From NCBI GenBank assembly GCA_038817885.1, contig JAWAZE010000005.1, positions 1,097 through 65,096 of the forward strand: a DNA stretch of 64,000 bases, written 5' to 3'. Position 1 is the stretch's first letter, and each line of letters opens with the position of its first letter. The translations under genes and the position numbers were made by a program. Of the stretch, positions 30,497-40,983 are shown one piece after another. The notes beneath the pieces are model-generated. The model worked only from the letters and a program-made list of their open reading frames with translations. It was not told where the DNA came from and made no database searches. The DNA comes from Candidatus Bathyarchaeia archaeon. GTDB taxonomy: Archaea; Thermoproteota; Bathyarchaeia; Bathyarchaeales; DTEX01.

Positions 30497-31732
30497 TTAG
30501 GTTTTTGCGAACCTCTTTGCGGCCTCCTCAAGGGCTACTACGCCTGGCAGTTTCTTTCCCATCAAGAACTCTATTAGTGCTCCGCCAGCCGTGCTTATAT
30601 AGCTCATTTTATCGGCCAGCCCTAAGCTTTGGACTGCTGCTATACTATGCCCCCCACCTATTAGCGTAAAAGCTTTGGAAGAGGCCATAGCTTTGAAGAG
30701 GGCTTCAGTCCCCTTCTTAAACTCGTCCTTCTCGAATACTCCGGGTGGCCCGCTGAATACTATTGATTTAGCCCTCTTAATAAGCTCTATATACCTCTCA
30801 ATGGTCTTTGTCCCAATATCATATACCGGATGGTTTGTCGGCAGATCTTTCAAAGATATTTCCTTCCTCTTACCCTCAACCTCGATGGCTAAGTCTATAG
30901 GGGTCTCGATCCTCTCAGGGTATTTACCCATCAACTCTCTTATTCCTGGGATAAGGTCAAGCAACTTATTCTTTTCAAGAAGATCCATATTTGGCTTACC
31001 GAGGTCGTATCCTTTAGCTACAAGAAATAGATGGCCAGTTATCCCAGCCGTTAGAACGTAATCCGCAATATTATTATCTAGAACATACTTTGATATTCTG
31101 AGCGAGTCATCGGCCTTAGCTCCGCCGAGTATATAAATACAGGGTTTCTCGGGATTCTCCATAACCCTACTAAGCGCTTTCAGCTCCTTCTCCATGATCC
31201 TACCAGCGGCGCTTGGAAGAAGCACGGTAAAGCCGACTATCGATGCGTGGCTCCTATGGGCTGCCGCAAAAGCATCATTCACGAAAAGGTCAGCAAGCGG
31301 CGTAAGGTTCGCCACTAAATCGGACTTAGCGTGCTCCCCGGGAGGGGCATCCTTAGCCTCCTTTGGAAAGTTTCTAACATTATCTAAGACAAGTATCTCG
31401 CCGTTCTTAAGCTCCTTTATAGCCTTCTTAGCCTTCTCGCCAAAGACGTCATCCACATACTTAACTGGCTTACCTAAAACTCTCTCCAATATTCTGGCAT
31501 GCTGCTCCAGAGGTATAAAGTCCGGGTCACCCGGCCTTCCCTGATGAGCTAATATAACGACCTTTGCGCCCTTCTCAGCCAACTCTTTTATAGTGGTCTC
31601 GCCATGAGCCCTAATCCTTGTATCATCGATTATCTTCTTTGTCTGAGGATCAACCGGTGAGTTAAAATCAACCCTAACGAGAACAACCTTACCTCTAACA
31701 TCAAAATCATCCAGCGTCAGAAACTTTGGCAT
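30497..31732 (-). CDS. pgk: Phosphoglycerate kinase (archaeal type)
   Basis: LVRVDFNSP, AHQGRPG, AHRSHAS and GGGHS motifs; 411 aa. Confidence 0.95.
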   Translation of the reverse strand: MPKFLTLDDFDVRGKVVLVRVDFNSPVDPQTKKIIDDTRIRAHGETTIKELAEKGAKVVILAHQGRPGDPDFIPLEQHARILERVLGKPVKYVDDVFGEKAKKAIKELKNGEILVLDNVRNFPKEAKDAPPGEHAKSDLVANLTPLADLFVNDAFAAAHRSHASIVGFTVLLPSAAGRIMEKELKALSRVMENPEKPCIYILGGAKADDSLRISKYVLDNNIADYVLTAGITGHLFLVAKGYDLGKPNMDLLEKNKLLDLIPGIRELMGKYPERIETPIDLAIEVEGKRKEISLKDLPTNHPVYDIGTKTIERYIELIKRAKSIVFSGPPGVFEKDEFKKGTEALFKAMASSKAFTLIGGGHSIAAVQSLGLADKMSYISTAGGALIEFLMGKKLPGVVALEEAAKRFAKT

Positions 31733-31791
31733 ATTTAATCCTCCCCATTAAATTTTTAATAAAAAATAATGGTATTTAGGGTTTTATTATT

Positions 31792-32823
<1,032 letters not shown>

Positions 32824-32898
32824 CTAAGTTGCATATTTTGATTTTACCTATATATTCTTTTCATGTTAATATTAATTTTTCTGAGAAATTATTTATTT

Positions 32899-33315
32899 TT
32901 AAAGGTTTTTTATCTCCATACCTAAACTCTCAAGACGCTGGGCTATGAACCTCCTGTGGCAATACTTAACATTTCTCTCTTTACATAGGAGTGCGACCGC
33001 CTCTTTTCTGGCAATCTCAATAAGTGTGTTAAGGCCATTCTTAAACCTCTGCGTCTCCATATATTTCTCATAACCACCTCTAACGAAGCCCCCTAAACTC
33101 TCGCCCAGAAAAATATATTTTATCCCATGTCCCTCCAAAATCCTCTCCAAATTCTCCCTATTAAAATCTGCATCACTACTTTTTGGAAAACGCCTAACAT
33201 CAACGACCGTGGTGACACCATTCTCCTTTAGGAGAGCAATGAGCTCAGAGACCGACCGACCTGAATAACCAACAGTATAAACAACCACAGCTATCCCTCC
33301 GCAATTACAGCCCAT
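32899..33315 (-). CDS. DUF488 family protein
   Basis: VYTVGYSGRS...VVDVRRFPKS and a C-terminal CKERNVKYCHR pattern. Confidence 0.7.
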   Translation of the reverse strand: MGCNCGGIAVVVYTVGYSGRSVSELIALLKENGVTTVVDVRRFPKSSDADFNRENLERILEGHGIKYIFLGESLGGFVRGGYEKYMETQRFKNGLNTLIEIARKEAVALLCKERNVKYCHRRFIAQRLESLGMEIKNL

Positions 33316-33391
33316 AATGAGACTAATGGAAATAAATAAGTAAAGTTTTTATCTCGTTATTGATTCAACGGTGAGAATTGGAGGAATTAGT

Positions 33392-34285
33392 TTGAAGATT
33401 GTGGGCGGACCAAGTTCCCTAAACTTGGCCAGAAAAATAAGCGAAATCCTAAATGCCCCACTCATCAATACTAGGATAAAACGTTTTCCTGACGGGGAAT
33501 TTTATTTTAAGTTTGAGGAGAAGGTCTCCGGGGAGCATCTCATAATAGTACAGAGCCTGGAGCCCCCGCAGGACCTACACGCCATGGAGTTGTTTTTAAT
33601 GCTGCATACTGCAAGAGAACTCGGCGCGGAGACGATAAGGGTCTTCATTCCATACCTTGCCTACAGTCGGCAGGATAGGCGGTACCTTGAGGGCGAATGC
33701 TTAAGTTCGGCTGTAATAGCGGAGATCATGGAGAACCTTGGCGCAGACGCCCTATACACTATTGACGTGCATAATGAGAGAGTGCTGAGGATGTATAATA
33801 TCCCAGCCCATAATTTAACGGCCTCCGGTGAAATAGCGAAATACTTTGCTAGGAAAGAATTAAAAGATCCTGTTGTTATAGCGCCCGACAATGAAGACAT
33901 GGCTAAGAGGAGGGCTCAGTACGCTGCCAAGGTGCTTAATTCCGAGTGGGATGCCCTAGAAAAGAGGAGGGATCGTCATACTGGAGAGATAATTACCCTT
34001 TCAAAGGAGCTAAATGTTCATGGTAGGGATGCCGTCATAATAGATGATATAGTGAGCACAGGCAAAACCGCAGCGAACGCCGCAAAAATACTTAAAGAGC
34101 AGGGCGCCAGAAGAGTCTTTGTGGGAGTGTCACATCTCCTACTTATGGAAGATGCCGAGAAAATCATTATGGAGAGTGGAGTTGAAGAAATTGCCGGGAC
34201 TGATAGTGTCACAAATAAGTATGCAAAAATTTCCGTTGCACCAATATTTGTGAGGGCTTTAAAAGGAGAAGTAGAACAAATATAA
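33392..34285 (+). CDS. prs: Ribose-phosphate pyrophosphokinase
   Basis: RFPDGE, YLAYSRQDR and the PRPP loop IIDDIVSTGKT. The TTG at 33392 follows ggagga; an alternative GTG lies at 33371. Confidence 0.9.
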   Translation: MKIVGGPSSLNLARKISEILNAPLINTRIKRFPDGEFYFKFEEKVSGEHLIIVQSLEPPQDLHAMELFLMLHTARELGAETIRVFIPYLAYSRQDRRYLEGECLSSAVIAEIMENLGADALYTIDVHNERVLRMYNIPAHNLTASGEIAKYFARKELKDPVVIAPDNEDMAKRRAQYAAKVLNSEWDALEKRRDRHTGEIITLSKELNVHGRDAVIIDDIVSTGKTAANAAKILKEQGARRVFVGVSHLLLMEDAEKIIMESGVEEIAGTDSVTNKYAKISVAPIFVRALKGEVEQI

Positions 34286-34289
34286 GGTA

Positions 34290-37200
34290 TTATTGCTGCT
34301 CAAGAAAGGCTGAAAGGCTATATTGCTTAGCGCCCTTTCCAATTTCAAATAGCGAATTTATTTCTTCTTTAATTAAAGTTAGGCGCTGAGCATAATATTG
34401 CGACATATTGTATTTTTTAACTAGACGCCAAGCATCTTCCAGGTACTTTTCAATAGCTCCTCTATGAACTGTCAGAGTTAGCTCGCCACCACATTCAGTG
34501 CAAGCGCCCTTAAGTGGTATACGCCTAAAGCGCTTATTACATTTCTTACACCTAAAACTTTGTGTAGCGAAAGCCCTTAAATTCCCGGATATATCGCGAA
34601 GGAAGTGCGTATTTAAGACTATTTCAGCAACCACCCGGGCGTCCACGGCCTTAATCTTCTCAGCTAGAGTTAATTGAGCATTTAATTTATCAGCCATGCG
34701 CTTCAGAGTCTTATACACGCTCTCCCGATTACCACTTTCAATATTTGATGTTGGCACCGTAAACCTAAAGCCCTGAAGGCGCAGCTCGGAGTTAAGCCTA
34801 TGTTTAACGGTATCAATGAGGTTAATCACATCTCTAGCCGGGGTCCCCCTAAAGGTTTCCCTGTAGAATTCGAGGGGATACTTACCTGCAACATCAAATT
34901 CATGCGCCTGTCTCTGAACCTCTTCTGGGAGAACCGCGCGAACAATGAAGAGCGGGGAGTCCATTGTTCCGCCTATCTGATCTGGCAGATACTCTCTGGA
35001 GAAGTTTAGGAGAGCGTCTAAGGCTAGTACTACGCTATCTTCATCTCCATCGCAGTCCCTTCGCTTCGCCGAGTGCCAGAAAGGATGGGCAAAACAGACG
35101 TTTAATTTAGTGAACCCTATTATCCTGCCTAAAATACCAACACACGTATGCGGCGCTATCCCTATGACCATTTTACCGATTAAATCCTGTGGCTTGCTAA
35201 CCTTATAATATGGCGGAAGATCATAGATCCTCTGGAGCAGCTCATCTATAAAATTTGCAACAGCCACAAGATGTTCTGCACATTTCCACGAAATTATAAT
35301 ATCCTGGACTTTAAGCTCACAGATCTGCTCCGGATCACTTAATGGATTACTAAGATAATCATGAGTGTAGCCCAATTCCCGAAGCTTCTCAACTGAGACA
35401 CCTATTTCAGATGGTTTAAAGTGAGTTAGGGGGGCATTGGTCGCATCAAATCTTATAGTACCATCCTTATATACATAAAGGCCATATTTAGCCCTCAAAA
35501 CCCCCTTCTCAATTGGCTCAGGAACGCGCAGCCTGTTTGTTAAACCTTTAACTCCCTTAACCTGCTCAGGTCTAAAGCCAGCTTTCTGACAGGCCCCGTC
35601 GATCAAATCCTTAATAGATATTACTTGTGAGCAAAAACTCTTCGCCTCGACATTACACACTGGACAAATGTTTACGGAGAGACTTCTGCCGCACTTTGGG
35701 CAAACAAGCTTAAGGTTGGTCTCAAGACCACATTCCGAACAGATCCTTCTGAAAGTTGATCTTTGACATTTGGGGCAGATCCTGCTGACCAGTTCAACTT
35801 TAATGGCCCCTCTACTATAAGCCTTCATTAGGTCTCTCTGCGCCCCACCGCTCAAACCGGCTGGGAAGAGAACGTGGACTGGTGGCTTCATCTCGCGTTC
35901 CTTTGCTTTTTCAGGTCTGCCGACTCTAGCGCCTATGAACTTCGGCGCCTTATCTCTAATGGTGATCCTGCTGAGAACCATTAAATTATCTAGGACGGAT
36001 AAATCTTTGGAGATCTCATGCTTCGGATCATGTACTCCAAGGGGGAAGGCGAAGGCGAAGGCATCAGCTCCTTCAATAACTATTTTTCCATTAATGATTT
36101 TATGGGGGACACATATTTCCTCGAGGATCCTTTTTACTTCTGGATCAAGCACGCCATATATTCTGGTTATAAGATCGCCCTCATAAATTATATCTGAGGT
36201 TAGCAGCCACTCCCTAACTTTCTTAAGGTCCTTAACAGTGATGTTAGTCCAGAAGAGCGTGTATGAGGGGTGCAGAGGAACGCCAAGCGACCTGCTCAAT
36301 AATATAGCTTCCCGTATGCTCGGCTTATTACTAAATGGATCATCTAAGAGAGCCTTTAGGGAGGAGGGTGAGAGCCCAGCCCTTAAAGCGGCCTCTTCAA
36401 CGTTCCCATCGAACTCCTTCAAGATTATTTCTCTAAGTTCCTCAGACCAAAACTCCTCAGTATAGCCGGATGGGAGAAGATCCTTGTTATTATAGAGGAA
36501 GTCCCCAAAACTTATTAAAATATCTCCAAGGAAAAGAATTTTCTCGGCATCTCTCTTTACAATCTCTATATTTTCATAAGATACCCTAACAACTGAGCCG
36601 TCCTTCAATTTAACTATTGGCGGCTCAATATAATCCACTGGCATAACAATGCCAGCCTTTCCAGGGGTTTCAATTTTAATCTGTGTTCCACCGGCAAGGA
36701 AGTTCTGGAGAGTTATCATTGTTAGCGGATGAACTCCTACAGCTGAGAGCCCTGTGTTCCTTGATCTACCATAGCGGAGCCTAAACCCGCCCTTCTCTGA
36801 GGGAAAGCATAATATGGGTCTCCCGGCGGGAGCCTCCTCCATAAAACCAGCTGAGGATCTGTTAGCCGCGCTCGCCTTAATCTCTTCAAGCCAATCCCAA
36901 CCCTGGATCCTGAGGTCCCTTACTACGGCGAGAACTTTTGCCGCCCTTCCAATAACCCCATCATTTATAACCCTAAGCGCCCCTCCCCTAACACGATTCG
37001 TTTCTATGCGCGGCAGATTTCGATATAAGGTAACTTCAATTGGGTCCGATGAGGGTCCAGTAACTTCGACCGGAATGCTCTTTAAGACAAATCTAACCTG
37101 CTCATCTGATACATTATATTGGAAGTTGCCGACCTCACGCTCATAGAGGCGCAGTTCCTCGATGAAGCGCTCTATCTCTTCATTAGTGGGCTTATATCTA

Positions 37201-37721
37201 TCTAAGCGTAGTAGCTTACGGATAAAGTCTGCGACAACTGGTGTAAGGGCTGCCTCCGTCCCACCAGCCGAACGTATTGGTCCGGCGAAGTATACTGCGA
37301 GGTACCTTGATCCATCAATATTTGTCTTTATCGCAACTTTAGCAATACCCTCAGTGTATACAGCTGCGGTCACACCCTCCGTCAATATTGCAAGGGCCGC
37401 TCTGATCGCCAAATCCGCCGCCCTCTCCTCACCTAAATCACCAAATTTCCCAAGAACTATTTCCTCAGCTATCTTGAAGGCGGCCCTCTCCTTTGACATA
37501 ACTTTCGTTAGCTCTCTTATTCTATCCGCTATTCCAGGTAGCCCGATGAAGCTCTCAGCGAGGCTGGCTAGATCGCTTACAATCTCTATCTCCGGGTAGG
37601 ACTTTGGATCAATTCCTTTTGCCCTAGCCCTTCTAGTAACTTCATAGAGATCCTCTAAAGACTGAAATAATTTAGTGAAGTATTCTCCATATTCCTGGCT
37701 TATATTGTTTGGGACCTGCAT
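34290..37721 (-). CDS. polC: DNA polymerase II (PolD) large subunit DP2, intein-free
   Basis: About 1140 aa with multiple Zn-finger CxxC pairs and a C-terminal QYSLSAFL PIP box. The ATG at 37721 is preferred, since the 37772 start would overlap the upstream gene by 40 nt. Confidence 0.9.
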   Translation of the reverse strand: MQVPNNISQEYGEYFTKLFQSLEDLYEVTRRARAKGIDPKSYPEIEIVSDLASLAESFIGLPGIADRIRELTKVMSKERAAFKIAEEIVLGKFGDLGEERAADLAIRAALAILTEGVTAAVYTEGIAKVAIKTNIDGSRYLAVYFAGPIRSAGGTEAALTPVVADFIRKLLRLDRYKPTNEEIERFIEELRLYEREVGNFQYNVSDEQVRFVLKSIPVEVTGPSSDPIEVTLYRNLPRIETNRVRGGALRVINDGVIGRAAKVLAVVRDLRIQGWDWLEEIKASAANRSSAGFMEEAPAGRPILCFPSEKGGFRLRYGRSRNTGLSAVGVHPLTMITLQNFLAGGTQIKIETPGKAGIVMPVDYIEPPIVKLKDGSVVRVSYENIEIVKRDAEKILFLGDILISFGDFLYNNKDLLPSGYTEEFWSEELREIILKEFDGNVEEAALRAGLSPSSLKALLDDPFSNKPSIREAILLSRSLGVPLHPSYTLFWTNITVKDLKKVREWLLTSDIIYEGDLITRIYGVLDPEVKRILEEICVPHKIINGKIVIEGADAFAFAFPLGVHDPKHEISKDLSVLDNLMVLSRITIRDKAPKFIGARVGRPEKAKEREMKPPVHVLFPAGLSGGAQRDLMKAYSRGAIKVELVSRICPKCQRSTFRRICSECGLETNLKLVCPKCGRSLSVNICPVCNVEAKSFCSQVISIKDLIDGACQKAGFRPEQVKGVKGLTNRLRVPEPIEKGVLRAKYGLYVYKDGTIRFDATNAPLTHFKPSEIGVSVEKLRELGYTHDYLSNPLSDPEQICELKVQDIIISWKCAEHLVAVANFIDELLQRIYDLPPYYKVSKPQDLIGKMVIGIAPHTCVGILGRIIGFTKLNVCFAHPFWHSAKRRDCDGDEDSVVLALDALLNFSREYLPDQIGGTMDSPLFIVRAVLPEEVQRQAHEFDVAGKYPLEFYRETFRGTPARDVINLIDTVKHRLNSELRLQGFRFTVPTSNIESGNRESVYKTLKRMADKLNAQLTLAEKIKAVDARVVAEIVLNTHFLRDISGNLRAFATQSFRCKKCNKRFRRIPLKGACTECGGELTLTVHRGAIEKYLEDAWRLVKKYNMSQYYAQRLTLIKEEINSLFEIGKGAKQYSLSAFLEQQ

Positions 37722-37732
37722 TCTGATCAACT

Positions 37733-38044
37733 TCACTCGGTATGAATCCTGCAGAGAATGATTGTATTCCATTCTTCTATTGGACGACCCATAAGCCTCT
37801 CATAAGTCTTCTTGGCAATCTCTTTCCTCCTTTCAACACACGCTTTACACTTTCCGTGTCTCATGTCTGAGGGGCCATCGCACTGGCCACAATTTAAGAG
37901 CAGGGATTCGCCTAACCCCCTTAATGTCGTCCAGGCATACTCCCGCTCATCATACTCCGGCTCAAAGTCAGGCCAAATATCATAAATATCTTCTTTACCC
38001 AAAACCTTCTTAAGAGCCTCAAAATATTTCTCAAAAGACGTCAA
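37733..38044 (-). CDS. Hypothetical small protein with a CxxC-x9-CxxC zinc-knuckle
   Basis: 103 aa with CGQCDGPSDMRHGKCKAC. Its start overlaps the stop of the GGGP synthase gene by 4 nt, and it ends 11 nt before the DP2 start. Confidence 0.45.
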   Translation of the reverse strand: MTSFEKYFEALKKVLGKEDIYDIWPDFEPEYDEREYAWTTLRGLGESLLLNCGQCDGPSDMRHGKCKACVERRKEIAKKTYERLMGRPIEEWNTIILCRIHTE

Positions 38045-38829
38045 GGGTTATTCACCTCTTTAAACTTAGCCCTTACCCCCTCCCTTATCCCCTCAATTAT
38101 CTCGTTCAGTTTGCTTCTAACTCTCTCTTCCTCCTTTCCTTCAACTATCGTTCCAGTAACCACTATATCGGCACCGGACTTAACGGCTTCCTTTGCCTGA
38201 GCGCCACTCCTTATACCCCCACCAACAATCAGTTTTATGCTTATTGCCTCCTTAACTACTCTGATCATGCTCGCAGGGACTGGGCGGCTAGATCCTGATC
38301 CAGCTTCAAGATAAACGAACCTCATACCAAAGAACTCAGCGGCAAGTGCATGAGCCGCCGCCAGCTCAGGCTTATTATATGGGATTGGACATGCCTTACC
38401 AATCACCCCAGCCGAGCCGCCCTCGCCAACTATTATATATCCAAGCGGAATCGCCTCTAAACTAAGTTTTTTAATTAGCGGCGCTGCGAGGACCTGAGCT
38501 CCAGATATGAAGTATGGATCGGCTGAATTAAGAAGTGACATAAACCATATTGCATCAGCGTACTCGCTGATGGCAGTTATATTATTTGGAAACAATATAA
38601 CAGGGATGCTTACAGCCTCTTTAACCTGTTTAACGACGCTATTAAGTAAATTCTGGGATACTAGAGTTGTGCCCCCAATCATTATGGCGGATGAGCCTAA
38701 AGCCTCGCTGTCGCCTGATATTGAGGCTGCCGTTTCCAGGTTAACCCTCTCCGGATCAATAAGCGTTATATGGATTGCTCCTTCATTATTAATTCTCTCT
38801 AACAGGTACTTCTCCACTCTACCAACCAT
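38041..38829 (-). CDS. Geranylgeranylglyceryl phosphate synthase (PcrB/GGGPS family)
   Basis: HITLIDPE, a TIM-barrel pattern, and C-terminal GGGIRS...GADIVVTG. Confidence 0.85.
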   Translation of the reverse strand: MVGRVEKYLLERINNEGAIHITLIDPERVNLETAASISGDSEALGSSAIMIGGTTLVSQNLLNSVVKQVKEAVSIPVILFPNNITAISEYADAIWFMSLLNSADPYFISGAQVLAAPLIKKLSLEAIPLGYIIVGEGGSAGVIGKACPIPYNKPELAAAHALAAEFFGMRFVYLEAGSGSSRPVPASMIRVVKEAISIKLIVGGGIRSGAQAKEAVKSGADIVVTGTIVEGKEEERVRSKLNEIIEGIREGVRAKFKEVNNP

Positions 38830-38848
38830 TAATCTACTCCCCTAACCC

Positions 38849-39094
38849 TTAAGCTCCATAAAATTCATCTATAAATTGACAGTACGCATCTACTTCCTTA
38901 AAGTAAGGTTTTACCAGCATCTCCTTCACATATCCACAACTCAGGTTACCGCAACGAATTATTGCCTTCTTCTTCCCCTCACCCCCATCAACAATCTCAA
39001 TCCTAATTGACTGCTTACTACATTTAGGACATATGAAAACCTTAGGTAATTTCTTCTTTGGTATACGTATTACCTTTCTCCGCCTTCTCCCCAT
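38849..39094 (-). CDS. elf1: Transcription elongation factor Elf1 homolog
   Basis: [21 protein letters not shown]...CGNLSCG...[12 protein letters not shown] matches the Elf1 basic N-terminus plus Zn-ribbon pattern. Confidence 0.75.
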   Translation of the reverse strand: MGRRRRKVIRIPKKKLPKVFICPKCSKQSIRIEIVDGGEGKKKAIIRCGNLSCGYVKEMLVKPYFKEVDAYCQFIDEFYGA

Positions 39095-39236
39095 CTCAAC
39101 TCCACACCAAATAAACAATTAACATATTTAACTCTTTCAGTTCTTAAAAGTTTAGGAGACGGTTGCCTAGGAGGTTTGGAAAATAGTTAATTATTCCTTT
39201 GTATACAAAAATGTATTCAAATAAGGAGGATAAAGC

Positions 39237-39731
39237 GTGATCGAGACCGCGCTGAAAGAGGAAATACAAATTTGGTTAACAAGTCTGAATAAAGACCCGA
39301 TTTTCAAAATGCTACTAAAAAATAGCAATTTAACCAAAGTGCAGGCTGAAACTTTCTTAATAGACATTTTAGCCGAGAAAATAGCCAGCAAAAAATTAGT
39401 TTACGAGGAGAAGGCAAAGCTAAGGTTAATAAAATCAGGTGTAAGCCGCGGATCATTCAATAGAACCTTGGCTCAAGCAAGAAGAAACATAATCAGATCT
39501 ATTTACACTATAATTCTTCTGGGCTATCTAGGCATATTTGATGACCCCCGCTTAGAACCTTACATTGAAATAGCTAATAAAATAAGGGCTTATAGTGAAA
39601 AACATAGAGAAATTTGGGAGACGGGAAAAATAGGAGAGGATCAAATAAAGGTGCTACAAGTCCTCCAAGACGAGATAGAGAAAAGGTTACATCATCTATC
39701 AAAAATGAGGACGCTTTCGGGCAAAACGTGA
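39237..39731 (+). CDS. Hypothetical protein with a putative HTH (sigma70 region-4/Tfx-like segment)
   Basis: GTG start. The segment LTKVQAETFL...SGVSRGSFNRTLAQARRNIIRS resembles an HTH followed by a recognition helix. Confidence 0.4.
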   Translation: MIETALKEEIQIWLTSLNKDPIFKMLLKNSNLTKVQAETFLIDILAEKIASKKLVYEEKAKLRLIKSGVSRGSFNRTLAQARRNIIRSIYTIILLGYLGIFDDPRLEPYIEIANKIRAYSEKHREIWETGKIGEDQIKVLQVLQDEIEKRLHHLSKMRTLSGKT

Positions 39732-39739
39732 CATCACGT
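39726..39739. promoter_or_regulatory. Palindrome ACGTGA-ca-TCACGT overlapping the stop codon of the 39237-39731 ORF
   Basis: Read directly from the sequence. A further acgtcac half-site follows at 39741. Confidence 0.4.
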
Positions 39740-39823
39740 TACGTCACAAAAATTAAAGTCTTATTTGTCAAGAAAATCTTAGAAAAGCATAAATAATTTA
39801 AGCCTTAAACTACTTATAATTAT

Positions 39824-39875
39824 TGTGATTATGAATGTGATTTATACGTGATGTATGAAAATCATGTGATGTGAT
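39824..39875 (+). promoter_or_regulatory. Iteron-like array of five direct (T/C)GTGAT repeats ending 3 nt before the start codon at 39879
   Basis: Copies start at 39824, 39836, 39847, 39865 and 39870, giving spacings of 12, 11, 18 and 5 nt. Confidence 0.45.
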
Positions 39876-39878
39876 GTC

Positions 39879-40568
39879 ATGGATCTCATATTAACATCAA
39901 TTTATGCGATCCTCTTCACGATAACCTCAATCTCTTTACTAATCTACTTTAAGCGGTTTAGGGGCATTAACTTGGAATATATAAGATTGAAAAAGACATT
40001 TGAAGACATAATTTTTAGTTTCAATAGGGATCTCCAGAAAATCGAGGAAAGAATTCAGGAAATTACGAGAAGAATTGAGACAGGGTGGGGGAAAGACAAG
40101 ATGGACGCTCTACTCGCTGACCTTAAAAGCAAAATAGAGGATTTAATCAGTTATAGGGAAAGGGTCTCCACAGAGATTGAAAAGTTAAAAGGAGAAATTG
40201 AAAAATTATCCGCTAAATGTAACGAAATTGAAGTGAAAGTGGAGAGTTTAAAGGTAGCTGCTGGTGATAGGGAGCTAGGGTTTTACGAGGATAAATCTAC
40301 GAGATCTTTCTTACCTAGATTTGTTGAAGGGAGAAGATCCCCTGCCCCCCTAACGGCCACAGAAATGAAAGTTTTGGAGATTCTAGCAGAAGAGGGAGAG
40401 AAGACCGTTCCGGAGATAAAGGAAAGGATTGGCTTAACAAGGGAGCATACCGCGCGCCTAATGAAGAGTTTATATGAGAGAGGATTTGTGGAGAGAAGAG
40501 ATGATAGAATACCATACGTATACCGTTTAGCCAAAGATATGGAGGAGAAGATTAAGAAGAAAGAATAA
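39879..40568 (+). CDS. Membrane-anchored coiled-coil protein with a C-terminal winged-helix (MarR/TrmB-like) domain
   Basis: N-terminal TM helix (LILTSIYAILFTITSISLLIYF), a long heptad region, and LTATEMKVLEILAEEGEKTVPEIKERIGLTREHTARLMKSLYERGFVERR. Confidence 0.55.
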   Translation: MDLILTSIYAILFTITSISLLIYFKRFRGINLEYIRLKKTFEDIIFSFNRDLQKIEERIQEITRRIETGWGKDKMDALLADLKSKIEDLISYRERVSTEIEKLKGEIEKLSAKCNEIEVKVESLKVAAGDRELGFYEDKSTRSFLPRFVEGRRSPAPLTATEMKVLEILAEEGEKTVPEIKERIGLTREHTARLMKSLYERGFVERRDDRIPYVYRLAKDMEEKIKKKE

Positions 40569-40572
40569 CCTT

Positions 40573-40983
40573 CTATAGAGACTTTATAACTTCTCTTAGT
40601 TCCCGTGACATTAGCCTAAAAGATACCTTGTTCCCATTTTTAGTTTTAATCAATATTCCTTTTTCAGCAAATCTGGAAAGATATGTTGATACGGCGCTTA
40701 AGCTAATTGGTTCGCCGACCTCTTTTTCATATAACTCTTGAATATTTCTGGCCGAAAACCATGTTAGCGGAAAATTCTTCTTAACAATAAGCAGTATCTT
40801 ATCCATCTTTGATAGATCCTGTTGATACTCATTAGATGGTTCTGTAATAGGCACGCCGCCGAGCAACTCAACCATATCAAATATCTTTTGAACCTTCTCC
40901 CTAGTAACTCTACCCTCAAAACTTATCGTATACTTATTACCAGATTCGTCGTAAACCTCTACCCTCATCTTCCTTACGGGCAA
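40573..40983 (-). CDS. Hypothetical wHTH protein abutting the replication origin
   Basis: 136 aa. The C-terminal SARNIQELYEKEVGEPISLSAVSTYLSRFAEKGILIK...VSFRL is wHTH-like. Confidence 0.5.
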   Translation of the reverse strand: MPVRKMRVEVYDESGNKYTISFEGRVTREKVQKIFDMVELLGGVPITEPSNEYQQDLSKMDKILLIVKKNFPLTWFSARNIQELYEKEVGEPISLSAVSTYLSRFAEKGILIKTKNGNKVSFRLMSRELREVIKSL

